A program made the translations under genes and the position numbers. DNA of 64,000 nucleotides from a virus. This document shows, in pieces, positions 29,650-39,285 of the stretch. The notes beneath the pieces are model-generated. The model made no database searches and was not told where the DNA came from. It worked only from the letters and a program-made list of their open reading frames with translations. Each line of letters starts with the position of its first letter. Position 1 is the stretch's first letter. The stretch covers positions 32,001-96,000 of IMG/VR virus record IMGVR_UViG_3300028883_000036, one strand, 5' to 3'.

Positions 29650-30093
29650 TTATTTTTTTACTTTTTTCTTCTTTTTCTTATTCCCCCTGATTTGTTGATA
29701 ATCAATTCCACATATTTCAAAAAAAGACCAATCATCTGTAGAGTTTTCATCAGGAGTTATAAAATCTATATTTTTATAACAAATATCTTTTATCTTAGAA
29801 TGTTTCTTTTGTTTAGATATATAATTCAAGAACGAATTATGTATAATTCTACTAAAATATGCAAATGGATTTGGATTATCAATTGTTATATCAAAATTAT
29901 GCATATACTTTAAACATGTGAGTACAGCTTCACATATCATATCTTCTTTCCATGAATATCCAGCAAAACTTCCTCTATCAGAATACTTTTTAGCTAAAAG
30001 CAATAACATTCTACCAAGTTCTTCAGTTTGAATCTCATCTTCTACATATATTTTTATTTCTCTTAATAATTTTTCATTGTTAATATAATTCAT
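29650..30093 (-). CDS. gp55: T4-like late transcription sigma factor gp55
   Basis: YINN..LL, FAGYSWKEDMI, KYMHNFD and NPFAYFSRI motifs. Confidence 0.88.
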   Translation of the reverse strand: MNYINNEKLLREIKIYVEDEIQTEELGRMLLLLAKKYSDRGSFAGYSWKEDMICEAVLTCLKYMHNFDITIDNPNPFAYFSRIIHNSFLNYISKQKKHSKIKDICYKNIDFITPDENSTDDWSFFEICGIDYQQIRGNKKKKKKVKK

Positions 30094-30115
30094 AAATTCT
30101 CACTTTTTTAATTTC

Positions 30116-30145
30116 ATTATAACACACTTTCAATTCAATTGTTAA
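30116..30145 (-). promoter_or_regulatory. Sigma70-type promoter for gp55 and downstream genes
   Basis: Minus strand TTAACA-N18-TATAAT with extended -10 (TGnTATAAT), just upstream of gp55. Confidence 0.55.
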
Positions 30146-30152
30146 CTAATTT

Positions 30153-30455
30153 TTAAGAATATCTTACTGCTCCATGAATATTTGTTGCCCATACATCACT
30201 AAATCTATAATTCACTGAACCTAAACTTCTTGTATCATCTACATCAGGACCATCATCTACATTTCCACATAAAGGTCTTAACCACTTTGAATTATTATGA
30301 AAGAACATTTTATATCCCCCATATTGATCTGTAGCACCATTAATACTTGTAGACGTATTGTAAATTATTCTTCTTTCACTTGAAGCAGCAGCAGCAGGAG
30401 CAGATGCTTGTTCCATGAAATATTTTCCCTTCATTGTAATACCATGATTTTCCAT
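30153..30455 (-). CDS. Small putative virion/fibre-associated protein
   Basis: SLGSVNYRFSDVWATN resembles tail-fibre segments; last gene of the structural run. Confidence 0.5.
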   Translation of the reverse strand: MENHGITMKGKYFMEQASAPAAAASSERRIIYNTSTSINGATDQYGGYKMFFHNNSKWLRPLCGNVDDGPDVDDTRSLGSVNYRFSDVWATNIHGAVRYS

Positions 30456-30793
30456 TATTTTTCCCCCTTATCAGATAATTTTCTTTCCAATTCTCTTTTC
30501 ATATCTGATAAAAATGAATTGGATTCAAATAATTTAATTTTTATAGCTTCAAATTTCTTTTTATTTAATTTTTTTATTTTTTCCTCTATATCATTATTTT
30601 CAAATGTAAACCCAACTTTAGTTTTTCTACCTAATAATATATTTATATCATCCATAATATTAATAACTTCATTTTTAATACCATATTTTTCTTCAATTTT
30701 ATGAACTAGTTCTTCTTTGGAATTTTCAACAATTCCAACATTAAGTTTTCTAAAATCTTCTATATCAGAATCTATGAATGATTTAAATTTCAT
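30455..30793 (-). CDS. Hypothetical protein
   Basis: 112 aa; preceded by a TATAAGTA late-promoter-like box; MKFKSFI start resembles head internal proteins. Confidence 0.55.
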   Translation of the reverse strand: MKFKSFIDSDIEDFRKLNVGIVENSKEELVHKIEEKYGIKNEVINIMDDINILLGRKTKVGFTFENNDIEEKIKKLNKKKFEAIKIKLFESNSFLSDMKRELERKLSDKGEK

Positions 30794-30819
30794 TATATGC
30801 CTAATAATACTTATATTTT

Positions 30820-32955
30820 TTATTCAATTACATCAAAATCTTCTATTGTAGCATTTAAATTATTATTAGCAGAATTATTATTTAAACCCCACACTTGAAT
30901 ATATCGTTGATTAGTAGCTGTCATATCTGCCGCATATTTAATATCTACATCTTTAACTGTAACTCCTTCAAATGATCCTGTTTTTACAGTACCAGTTAAT
31001 CTACCATAAGCAGGTGAACCACCATCATGATCAAAAAATAAACTAACATAATATTTTGTTCCTACAGAATATGCATATGAAGTTGATACCCCACCACCAG
31101 AAGAAGGATAATTTAATCTAATATTAAGATTACTACTTAAAATAGAAACTTCAACACCTGCAAAACCACCACTACCATGATAATTATTATATCCCCCTAT
31201 ATTAGTCGTTACACCAGCTAAAACACAAGCTAAAGTACCATCAACAGAAGATATTGTAAAAGAAAATTTTAATGTAAAATCACCAGTAAAATAACCTGCC
31301 CCTTTATCTAAATAAGCATATCCTTCACCTAAAGCATCAGCATCAGGACCAATAGTTGCTGTAGTAGATGTTAAAGATAATAAATTATTACTATCAACTT
31401 CTGTAAATGTAGTAAAATCAAGTCCAGCAGCAGCACTTGCACTTTCAGAGCTTGAACTTGTAGAGCTTGAAGAACTTTCAGAGCTTGAAGATTTAGAGCT
31501 TGAAGATTTAGAGCTTGAACTTGAACTTCCAGAGCTTGAACTTGAAGATTCAGAGCTTGAACTTGAAGATTTAGAGCTTGAAGAACTTGAGCTTGAAGAA
31601 CTATTTATACCATAAAGTTCAATTTCACCTATTTTAATTCCACTTGTTCCAGGTGTTAAAGTAGCAACATGTTCTATATCATCATATCTTACTTTAAACC
31701 ATGTTCCACTTACAGCAACCCCACAAGTTTGATTAACTGGTATTGATCCTGTTGTTGCAAGAGATACATGAAATCCCCATTGTCCTTCTGCATATTGATG
31801 TAATGTTGGATTAACAACTGTTTTAACAAGAGTCCAATTAGAATTATTATCTGAAGTATAAAATTCAAATGTTCCTGCACTTGGAACCCATGCAGAAGGA
31901 ATTAATGAATCATTTGTATTACCATAAACTTTAACTTTTGTTAGAGCTTGTTGTGAACCTAATTCTATACCATATGAATATTCATCTCTCCAATAAGTTC
32001 CAAAATCAATATATCTATTTTTATCTACTAATTTGCTTTCTTCAGTAGAAAAACTAGCTGAAGTTGGTGTACTATCAGGTTCTAATTTATATCCTTTCCA
32101 TTCAGTAATTGGTTCACCTTTCAAACTACAAGAACTTGAACTACTACTTTTAGAGCTTGAACTTGAACTCAATGAACTTGAAGAAGAACTTGAACTCAAT
32201 GAGCTTGAAGAAGAACTTGAACTCAATGAGCTTGAAGAAGAACTGGATGAACTTGATATACTGATTGAATTACTGCTTGAGCTTGAGCTTGAACTCAATG
32301 AGCTTGAACTCAATGAGCTTGAACTGCTTGATTTTGAAGAAGAACTTTCAGATAAACTTATAGAACTTGAGCTTGAAGAAGAACTACTAGCACATAAATA
32401 ATCACCACTATTTAAAATAAAATTATCAAAATATGCAGTAATATTAGGTTTAACTGTCCAATTTTGTAAATAAATTCTAAATTCTACAGCATCCCTACCA
32501 ATATCATTAGATTCTCCTACTTGGGACCAATTAAGACTTAAATTTTTATAATATCCTTGCCATGTTTTACCAATTCTTGTAATTCTAAATGCACCAGATG
32601 GAGCATTATTAGAAACAGCAGTTTGAGTTAAACTACCATCAATATATGATTGTTCAATATATGTAGTATTAGCACCACTTTGATAAATTCTTAATCTATT
32701 ATCATCATCCCCGATGTATCTTGCTTCAAGAAATACTCCCCATCCACCAATTCCATTATTTGCAGAAGGAGAAATATCCCAATCAACTTGAACATCAAAA
32801 TCTCCACCTGAAATAATAGTTGCTCTATGTTGTAATAAAGAAGTATTTTTAGTAAAATTAACTTTGACAGTCAAATTATCACTACCACTAATAGCAGGAG
32901 TCCCTGCCGCCCCTTCTAATTTTACCCATCTATGTACATTAGGTTGTTGTGCCAT
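30820..32955 (-). CDS. Poly-serine-linked multi-domain virion protein (three beta-rich, lectin/discoidin-like domains)
   Basis: Two long poly-Ser tracts separate beta-rich domains; domain 1 is paralogous to the central domain of 32966..35137. Confidence 0.7.
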   Translation of the reverse strand: MAQQPNVHRWVKLEGAAGTPAISGSDNLTVKVNFTKNTSLLQHRATIISGGDFDVQVDWDISPSANNGIGGWGVFLEARYIGDDDNRLRIYQSGANTTYIEQSYIDGSLTQTAVSNNAPSGAFRITRIGKTWQGYYKNLSLNWSQVGESNDIGRDAVEFRIYLQNWTVKPNITAYFDNFILNSGDYLCASSSSSSSSSISLSESSSSKSSSSSSLSSSSLSSSSSSSSNSISISSSSSSSSSSLSSSSSSSSLSSSSSSSSLSSSSSSKSSSSSSCSLKGEPITEWKGYKLEPDSTPTSASFSTEESKLVDKNRYIDFGTYWRDEYSYGIELGSQQALTKVKVYGNTNDSLIPSAWVPSAGTFEFYTSDNNSNWTLVKTVVNPTLHQYAEGQWGFHVSLATTGSIPVNQTCGVAVSGTWFKVRYDDIEHVATLTPGTSGIKIGEIELYGINSSSSSSSSSSKSSSSSSESSSSSSGSSSSSSKSSSSKSSSSESSSSSTSSSSESASAAAGLDFTTFTEVDSNNLLSLTSTTATIGPDADALGEGYAYLDKGAGYFTGDFTLKFSFTISSVDGTLACVLAGVTTNIGGYNNYHGSGGFAGVEVSILSSNLNIRLNYPSSGGGVSTSYAYSVGTKYYVSLFFDHDGGSPAYGRLTGTVKTGSFEGVTVKDVDIKYAADMTATNQRYIQVWGLNNNSANNNLNATIEDFDVIE

Positions 32956-32965
32956 TTTTTATTCC

Positions 32966-35137
32966 TTATCCACTCTCACTACTTGAACTAACTGAACTAC
33001 TACTTGAACTTATAAAATAATCATTTATTCCAACATAACATGAAAATGATTCGCTTGAACTTTCAGAGCTTGAACTTTCAGAGCTTGAACTTTCAGAGCT
33101 TGAACTTTCAGAGCTTGAACTTTCAGAGCTTGAACTTTCAGAGCTTGAACTTTCAGAGCTTAAACTACTCAAACTGCTTGAACTTATAGAGCTACTACTT
33201 GAACTTATAGAGCTACTACTTGAACTTATAGAGCTACTACTTGAACTTATAGAACTTGAGCTACTACTGCTTGAGCTACTTGAACTTGCTACACATGCCC
33301 AATTTCCAGAAACAAGAGTAAAATTATCAAATTCTCCATATGCATATGGTTTGTTAGTATAATTTTTAACATAAAGACCAAATTCTGTATCAATATTAGA
33401 ACCAATATTAGTTCCACTTGCTATTTGTGACCATGTTCCACCAGTATTTCTATAATATCCTTGCCATTGATTTCCTGTTCTTGCTATTCTAAATCCCCCA
33501 CTTGTTTGAGTAGTACCAACAGCAGTATTTGTTACAACAACACCATTTTTATAAGTTGTTTCTACATAAGTTGTATTATGACCTTGAATATAAATTCTTA
33601 ATCTATTATCATCATTATCTATTTCTCTAGCAACAAGTTCTAATATCCATCCAGCAGCAGACGGAGCAGGATTTTCAAGATATGGATTACTTGCTGATGG
33701 TAGATACCAATCTACTTGAGCATCAAAATCACTTCCTGATACAACATACCATCTAGAAATAACACCACTTATATTATTATCAAAATCTACTGATGCTTTT
33801 AATCTATTTCCACTTATAGTAGGTGAACTCATAACAATACCACTTCCACTTGGATTACTTATAGTATAATCCCATTTATGTACATCTGGATCACTACCAT
33901 CTATACCATCAAAATTATCATTTGGTGATACAAAACATGAACTACTTGAACTCTTTGAACTTGAACTTACAGAGCTACTAGATATAGAATCTGAACTACT
34001 GCTTATAGAACTTGAGCTTGAACTTACAGAACTTGAACTCAATGAACTTGAAGAAGAACTTACAGAGCTTGAAGAAGAAGAACTTTCAGAACTGCTTGAG
34101 CTTGAGCTTGATTCACTTGAGCTTGAAATTGAACTACTTGATTCTGAAGAAGAACTCAAAGAACTTGAACTTTCAGAACTACTTGAAACTGAAGTTGAAG
34201 AACTTGATTCTGAAGAAGAAGAACTTGATTCTGAAGAAGAACTCAATGAACTTGAAGAAGAACTTGAAGAAGAACTTGAACTCAATGAGCTTGAAGAAGA
34301 ACTTGAACTTGAACTCAATGAGCTTGAACTGCTTGAACTGAAAGAAACAGAACTACTTGATTTTGAAGAAGAACTCACAGAAACAGAACTACTTGATTCA
34401 GAAATTGAACTTGAAGAACTTGTAGAACTTGAGCTTGAACTTATACTCAATGAAAATGATTCACTTGAACTAGAAGAACTTTCAGAACTGCTTGAACTTT
34501 CAGAACTGCTTGAGCTTGAGCTTGATTCACTTGAACTTGAAATTGAACTGCTAGATAGAGAACTTGAACTACTGCTTGAACTTGAACTAGAAGAACTTGA
34601 GCTTGAGCTTGAGCTTGAAGATGAAGAAATAAATCTTTCTTCAAGTAAATCTTGTAATTCAATTAAACAACTATTTTTATATTTTCTTTTTGCTCTTGCA
34701 TCAGGACCAGGATCAGTTTGCACAACAATAGTACAATTAATAGGTTCATTTAAAAATACAACAGCATTTCTACTACTACCAAAATAAATTCTTTTAAATT
34801 TAAATTCTTCTCTTGTTTCTGTTTTATATCCTGTTATCTGAACATATATTTGGTCTAAATAATGTGGTACTTCAATCCAATAAGTATCTCCTGATGGTGT
34901 CCAATCAGTTATAGTAAAACTAAAATGTTTATAAAAAACACCATCACCTGAAAATACAGGAAAAGCAGCATCTTTTAATGAATCAAATAAAGTAAATAAT
35001 TGATTATTAGATATTACTTTATTAAATCTATTATTTGAATCATTTAATACAGCAATATCCATTCCATGAGCACAACCGAATATATCACTTGAGCTTGAAC
35101 TAGATGTTGATGATGATGAAGAACTTGAACTTGCCAT
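32966..35137 (-). CDS. Mucin-like poly-serine virion protein
   Basis: N-terminal MASSSS, a central poly-Ser tract of >200 aa, a Cys-bounded beta-sandwich domain and C-terminal (SSSES)n. Confidence 0.7.
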   Translation of the reverse strand: MASSSSSSSSTSSSSSSDIFGCAHGMDIAVLNDSNNRFNKVISNNQLFTLFDSLKDAAFPVFSGDGVFYKHFSFTITDWTPSGDTYWIEVPHYLDQIYVQITGYKTETREEFKFKRIYFGSSRNAVVFLNEPINCTIVVQTDPGPDARAKRKYKNSCLIELQDLLEERFISSSSSSSSSSSSSSSSSSSSSSSLSSSSISSSSESSSSSSSSESSSSSESSSSSSESFSLSISSSSSSTSSSSSISESSSSVSVSSSSKSSSSVSFSSSSSSSLSSSSSSSSSSLSSSSSSSSSSSSLSSSSESSSSSSESSSSTSVSSSSESSSSLSSSSESSSSISSSSESSSSSSSSESSSSSSSVSSSSSSLSSSSVSSSSSSISSSSDSISSSSVSSSSKSSSSSCFVSPNDNFDGIDGSDPDVHKWDYTISNPSGSGIVMSSPTISGNRLKASVDFDNNISGVISRWYVVSGSDFDAQVDWYLPSASNPYLENPAPSAAGWILELVAREIDNDDNRLRIYIQGHNTTYVETTYKNGVVVTNTAVGTTQTSGGFRIARTGNQWQGYYRNTGGTWSQIASGTNIGSNIDTEFGLYVKNYTNKPYAYGEFDNFTLVSGNWACVASSSSSSSSSSSSISSSSSSISSSSSSISSSSSSISSSSLSSLSSESSSSESSSSESSSSESSSSESSSSESSSSESSSESFSCYVGINDYFISSSSSSVSSSSESG
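33052..33160. repeat. 15-bp tandem repeat (GAGCTTGAACTTTCA)n encoding SSSES
   Basis: About seven near-perfect copies, visible directly. Confidence 0.9.
33938..34625. repeat. Low-complexity poly-Ser coding tract (GAACTT/GAGCTT units)
   Basis: Alternating AGY/TCN serine codons on the minus strand. Confidence 0.9.
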
Positions 35138-35154
35138 TTAAATATTCCTTATCT

Positions 35155-35685
35155 TTATGGTGCAACACTTTCACTACTTGAACTTTCACTTGAAGATGAA
35201 GATGAAGATGAAAGTGAAGAAGAACTTATAGAACTTGAACTACTACTACTTGACCCACATCTAATAGTTGACCCAAAATCAAAATCAACGTGAGTATTTA
35301 CTTTCCATCCCATAAAATTACTCATTGCCCTATTTAATCTTACAAGATTTCCAGAAACATTTACTGATTCATATTCACCAAATAAATGATCCCCCCTAAT
35401 AATTCCACTTTTATCATTTTTAGACCAACTAATTATATATTGAGTATCCCATGTATATCCTTGAGTAGAAGATCTAATATTATCTTTTACAAAAAAACTT
35501 AAAATTCCTTCTGAATTTGTTGTTAATGGTTGTGTTAATAAATTTCCATTTTTATTAAATACATATATTTGAGTTAATGGATTATTATATTCATATAACC
35601 AAACAGAAGCAGAAGGAACAGGTATACCATCATCGTCTAATATCTTATACCAAATATGATTTAAAAATCCTCTAACCATATACAC
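35155..35685 (-). CDS. Putative virion protein with C-terminal poly-Ser (paralog family with the next two genes)
   Basis: HIWYKILDDDGIPVPSASVWLY ... TNSEG domain and a poly-Ser tail. Confidence 0.65.
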   Translation of the reverse strand: MYMVRGFLNHIWYKILDDDGIPVPSASVWLYEYNNPLTQIYVFNKNGNLLTQPLTTNSEGILSFFVKDNIRSSTQGYTWDTQYIISWSKNDKSGIIRGDHLFGEYESVNVSGNLVRLNRAMSNFMGWKVNTHVDFDFGSTIRCGSSSSSSSSISSSSLSSSSSSSSESSSSESVAP

Positions 35686-36478
35686 CTACTCTTACTTTAA
35701 TATTATCAACTAACCAAATTCTTATAGTATTAGAAGTAATAGATTTTACAGTATCAGGTATTACAACATAATCATTATTTGCAAGAATACTTACTTTTGC
35801 AACTACAACAATTGGATATGCATTATTCAAACCATGTGTTATATCTGCATAGTATCTACCACCACTTACACTCCAACTTGATACTTCTTCAGAATAAAAT
35901 CTTGCAGCAGAAATATCTATAGATGTAGTAGATGCTGTTTGTGCTATTTGATACATCTGATACCCTAATTTATTACTAATTACTTTATTTACAGTTTCAT
36001 TCAAATTAAATAAATCAACAGGATGTAAATCATGAGGGCTTGCTGAAGGAACTACTGAATCAACATGCATATCCCATTTATATCCTTGTTTATTTGAAAT
36101 AACTTTATCTTTATCTTTATTACTTGGAATGCCTTTTATACTATCTGTTGTATCAATAGGTCGTACAGGAGTAAAAACATAAAAATTATCAATTTCTTCT
36201 TCTATACCATCAATATTATTTTGCCAAACTATTTTAAACTGTTGGTCTACATTATACCCACCTTCTATTTCCCATGTATCACCTACCCAAAACTGAACAA
36301 ATCCATATTTATTTGTTTTTAAATTTTCTGTAGATGATTTAGTTACAGAACCAAATGTAGCATTTAAATAAATATCAGCTTCATTTAATGTACCTGCAAG
36401 ATAAACTCTTACCTCTGCATCCTGTAGAGGATTTCCTTGTCTATCTATCATATATTGCCAATAATCTATTCTTGCCAT
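35672..36478 (-). CDS. Putative virion protein (paralog family)
   Basis: DYWQYMIDRQGNPL ... TNKYGFVQFW, VVPSASPHD and ITHGLNN motifs. Confidence 0.65.
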   Translation of the reverse strand: MARIDYWQYMIDRQGNPLQDAEVRVYLAGTLNEADIYLNATFGSVTKSSTENLKTNKYGFVQFWVGDTWEIEGGYNVDQQFKIVWQNNIDGIEEEIDNFYVFTPVRPIDTTDSIKGIPSNKDKDKVISNKQGYKWDMHVDSVVPSASPHDLHPVDLFNLNETVNKVISNKLGYQMYQIAQTASTTSIDISAARFYSEEVSSWSVSGGRYYADITHGLNNAYPIVVVAKVSILANNDYVVIPDTVKSITSNTIRIWLVDNIKVRVGVYG

Positions 36479-36497
36479 ATTTTACCTAATCCTTCAT

Positions 36498-37376
36498 TTA
36501 AGTAGTACTTGAACTTGAACTTGAAGTTGAACTACTAGAACTTGAACTACCTTGAACATTTACATTAACATTTACTTCATAATCCATAAATATTCTTGTT
36601 GCTGTAGAATTTAAATGTCTTATTCTTTTTGGTACTATTTCTTTTTTATCATTTATTTTTGCAAGTCTAACTATTGTAGTTTTACCAATAATATTAGAAT
36701 GAGATACATCTTTATAAAATATATCACCTGAAGGAGTCCATGTTGTTACTTCTTCTTGATGCTCATTAACCCCACCATATTCTAAAGATTCAGATCCTTC
36801 AGCAGTACACCATGTAATAATATCATAAAGCATTTTATTACTTACAACTTTATTATATTTATTATCATCACATCCACTACTATAATCTACTGGATAAATA
36901 TCATGTGGACTTGCTGATGGAACTACTGCATTAACATGTGACCACCATTTATTTCCATAAAAATCAGATATGAATTTATTTTTATCAGATACATCTGCAC
37001 CTATATTTGTATTTTCCCATGAAAAAGCATTAGGCCAAGGATTTATATTTTGAATAACTCCTGGTGCTATACCTGCTTTATACCATTCTAATCTAAATTC
37101 TTGAGTATATGGATACCCACCATCTTCCCATTCATTAGCTAACCAAAATTCGAAAAACCCATTACTATCTGTTTGAATTTCAGCTACACTACTTGTAGTA
37201 TATGAAGAACCAGTTTCAGTTAAATATATCCTTGCTTCTGTAGTAGGATCATCATTTAAATATAAATTAATATAAACATCAGAAATTGGAACTCCTTCTT
37301 CATTTAAAACATAATGCCAAAAATGAATTCTAGATAAACTAAAATACGATGATGAAGAAGAACTTGAACTTGCCAT
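36498..37376 (-). CDS. Putative virion protein with poly-Ser at both termini (paralog family)
   Basis: MASSSSSSSS start, HFWHYVLNEEG, TDSNGFFEFW, VVPSASPHD and a C-terminal poly-Ser. Confidence 0.65.
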   Translation of the reverse strand: MASSSSSSSSYFSLSRIHFWHYVLNEEGVPISDVYINLYLNDDPTTEARIYLTETGSSYTTSSVAEIQTDSNGFFEFWLANEWEDGGYPYTQEFRLEWYKAGIAPGVIQNINPWPNAFSWENTNIGADVSDKNKFISDFYGNKWWSHVNAVVPSASPHDIYPVDYSSGCDDNKYNKVVSNKMLYDIITWCTAEGSESLEYGGVNEHQEEVTTWTPSGDIFYKDVSHSNIIGKTTIVRLAKINDKKEIVPKRIRHLNSTATRIFMDYEVNVNVNVQGSSSSSSSTSSSSSSTT

Positions 37377-37410
37377 TTAAATATACCTATTTTAATAATT
37401 TATTTTAATT

Positions 37411-38604
37411 CTATCTATTATTTATATTATTTATACATTCTTCAATTGGTTCATCCCAATTTAAAGAATCTTTTTGCCTAAAAATTTCAATTGAATCATA
37501 CCAATCACTTTTATTTCCATCACCAGACCATATGAAATATGGAACTATAGGAACAATTACATATGTTTTCTTACCTATAGCACCAGCTAAATGAGCAATA
37601 CATGTACAACTTGTTATTACAATATCCATCAATGATATTACAGCTAATGTATCTTCTAAGGTTTCAAGTTCAAGATCTTGAACATTGGATGGAGTTTTTG
37701 TTTTTACAGTTTCTTTTTGTAGAGAAAATAATTTTCCTTTTAATCTACTTGATAGCTTTTTAACAGGCAGAGTCCTTCTTTGATCGTGTTCAAATAGTTG
37801 TCCACCTTCCCACCTTAATCCTATGTTAAAGTCTCCAAGATCAAGCTTAGATTTCCATTTTTCCACATATTTAGCACTAGGCTTTATAAATGATTCTCCT
37901 GTAACTTTATTAAGTTTTAATTTTACAGGTAAACTCATGCTTGCAACCCAATAATCATGTATCGGGTACATATCTTTTGTTGTAACAAACGAAACTTCAT
38001 CCATTCTGTTAAATATTAATTTTGTTGTTTCCGTACATTTAACAAAAATTTCTGCTCCCATTTGTTTTAATTGTCTAAAAAATCTTGCAAATATAATTTC
38101 ATCACCAATTCCACCTTCAGTAATAATAAAGAGTTTTTTGCCCTCTATTGATTCACCATTCCATTCAGGAGTTGGAAATTGAATATTTTTTGTACCCCAA
38201 CATCCAATATTTCTTCCATGTTCTAAACACTCCATTCCTTTTAAAAAATTTCCATCTGATAAATTATACCATCCAAGATTAAAAATTGTTCTATTATCTT
38301 TAGGAAGTGTTTGTAAAATTTCAAATGCTTCCTTTTTTTTATTTACCCAAGGAAGATATAAAGCTAATTCTCTTTTTGCATCTTCCCATTCTGTATCAAG
38401 CATTAAACATATATTCATATATTCTATAGCTTTTTCATATAAACTTGTATAATAAGCACATTTAGCAGTATTAAACCTTATTTTTTTATTTAATGGGTCC
38501 ATTGCTAATGTGATTTCTGATTGTTTATATGCAAGATCATATACCTTATTTTGAAAAAATTGATAAGCCAATTGATCTGACATTTGTATAAATTGGTCTT
38601 TCAT
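37411..38604 (-). CDS. TPR-containing GT9-like glycosyltransferase
   Basis: N-terminal TPR-like helices; EGGIGDEIIFARF, SMSLP, DIVITSCTCIAHLAGAIG and WYDSIEIFRQ motifs. Confidence 0.82.
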   Translation of the reverse strand: MKDQFIQMSDQLAYQFFQNKVYDLAYKQSEITLAMDPLNKKIRFNTAKCAYYTSLYEKAIEYMNICLMLDTEWEDAKRELALYLPWVNKKKEAFEILQTLPKDNRTIFNLGWYNLSDGNFLKGMECLEHGRNIGCWGTKNIQFPTPEWNGESIEGKKLFIITEGGIGDEIIFARFFRQLKQMGAEIFVKCTETTKLIFNRMDEVSFVTTKDMYPIHDYWVASMSLPVKLKLNKVTGESFIKPSAKYVEKWKSKLDLGDFNIGLRWEGGQLFEHDQRRTLPVKKLSSRLKGKLFSLQKETVKTKTPSNVQDLELETLEDTLAVISLMDIVITSCTCIAHLAGAIGKKTYVIVPIVPYFIWSGDGNKSDWYDSIEIFRQKDSLNWDEPIEECINNINNR

Positions 38605-38626
38605 AACATTCTCTCTCCTTCACATA

Positions 38627-39268
38627 TTAATTCCAAAATGTTTTATACCATAACTTTGCCCTATCTAATATTTTCTGTTTATTTTGATCATAATTTCCAA
38701 GATGAAAAATTAAATTATATTCTGTTTCAACAGAAAATGGTTCTATATATTTCAAACTATATTTAGCTAAATTTCTACTCATTATATACTCATCTACAAT
38801 TTTTCTTTCTTGTTTTATTTTACAAAGAATATCTTCCATAGATAATTCTATTGGAAATTTCCATAGATCATGAGTATATTTTGTAGTAAATACAGCACAT
38901 CCAGAAATACCAACATTTCTACCATCTCTTTTGAAATATATGTCATTTACATCTAATTGATTGCTTGCATAATAATTATCTTTAAAAGAACAATAAGTTT
39001 CTGGTATATTTTTAAGAAATGGATTATAACAATCAGGATGTATCAATACATCTAAATCTAATAACATATTAAAATCATAATTTTTTCCATCTTCATATAC
39101 CTGAAGCTTTTCTGTTAACAAAGGCCATTCATTAAACTTTCTTTCTTTTATAATATTTAAATCTGATCCAATCTTCTTACAATATCTTTCTATTGTAGGT
39201 AATGTTAAACTTTTTAATTCAGGAAAATAATTTCCTATATCTATAACATGCACACATATTGATTTCAT
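38627..39268 (-). CDS. Putative GT-A glycosyltransferase
   Basis: YCKKIG, EKLQ, LLDLDVLI (DxD) and SG motifs. Confidence 0.65.
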   Translation of the reverse strand: MKSICVHVIDIGNYFPELKSLTLPTIERYCKKIGSDLNIIKERKFNEWPLLTEKLQVYEDGKNYDFNMLLDLDVLIHPDCYNPFLKNIPETYCSFKDNYYASNQLDVNDIYFKRDGRNVGISGCAVFTTKYTHDLWKFPIELSMEDILCKIKQERKIVDEYIMSRNLAKYSLKYIEPFSVETEYNLIFHLGNYDQNKQKILDRAKLWYKTFWN

Positions 39269-39285
39269 ATTTTACCTTTTATTTT

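Noticed and set aside
32033-34662. ORFs 32033..32401 (+), 34012..34341 (+) and 34447..34662 (-) with ELELE, LNLKKN or QAQAQ repeats
   Set aside because: They are antisense or alternate-frame shadows of the poly-Ser tracts, whose repeat units lack stops in those frames; no RBS or domain support.
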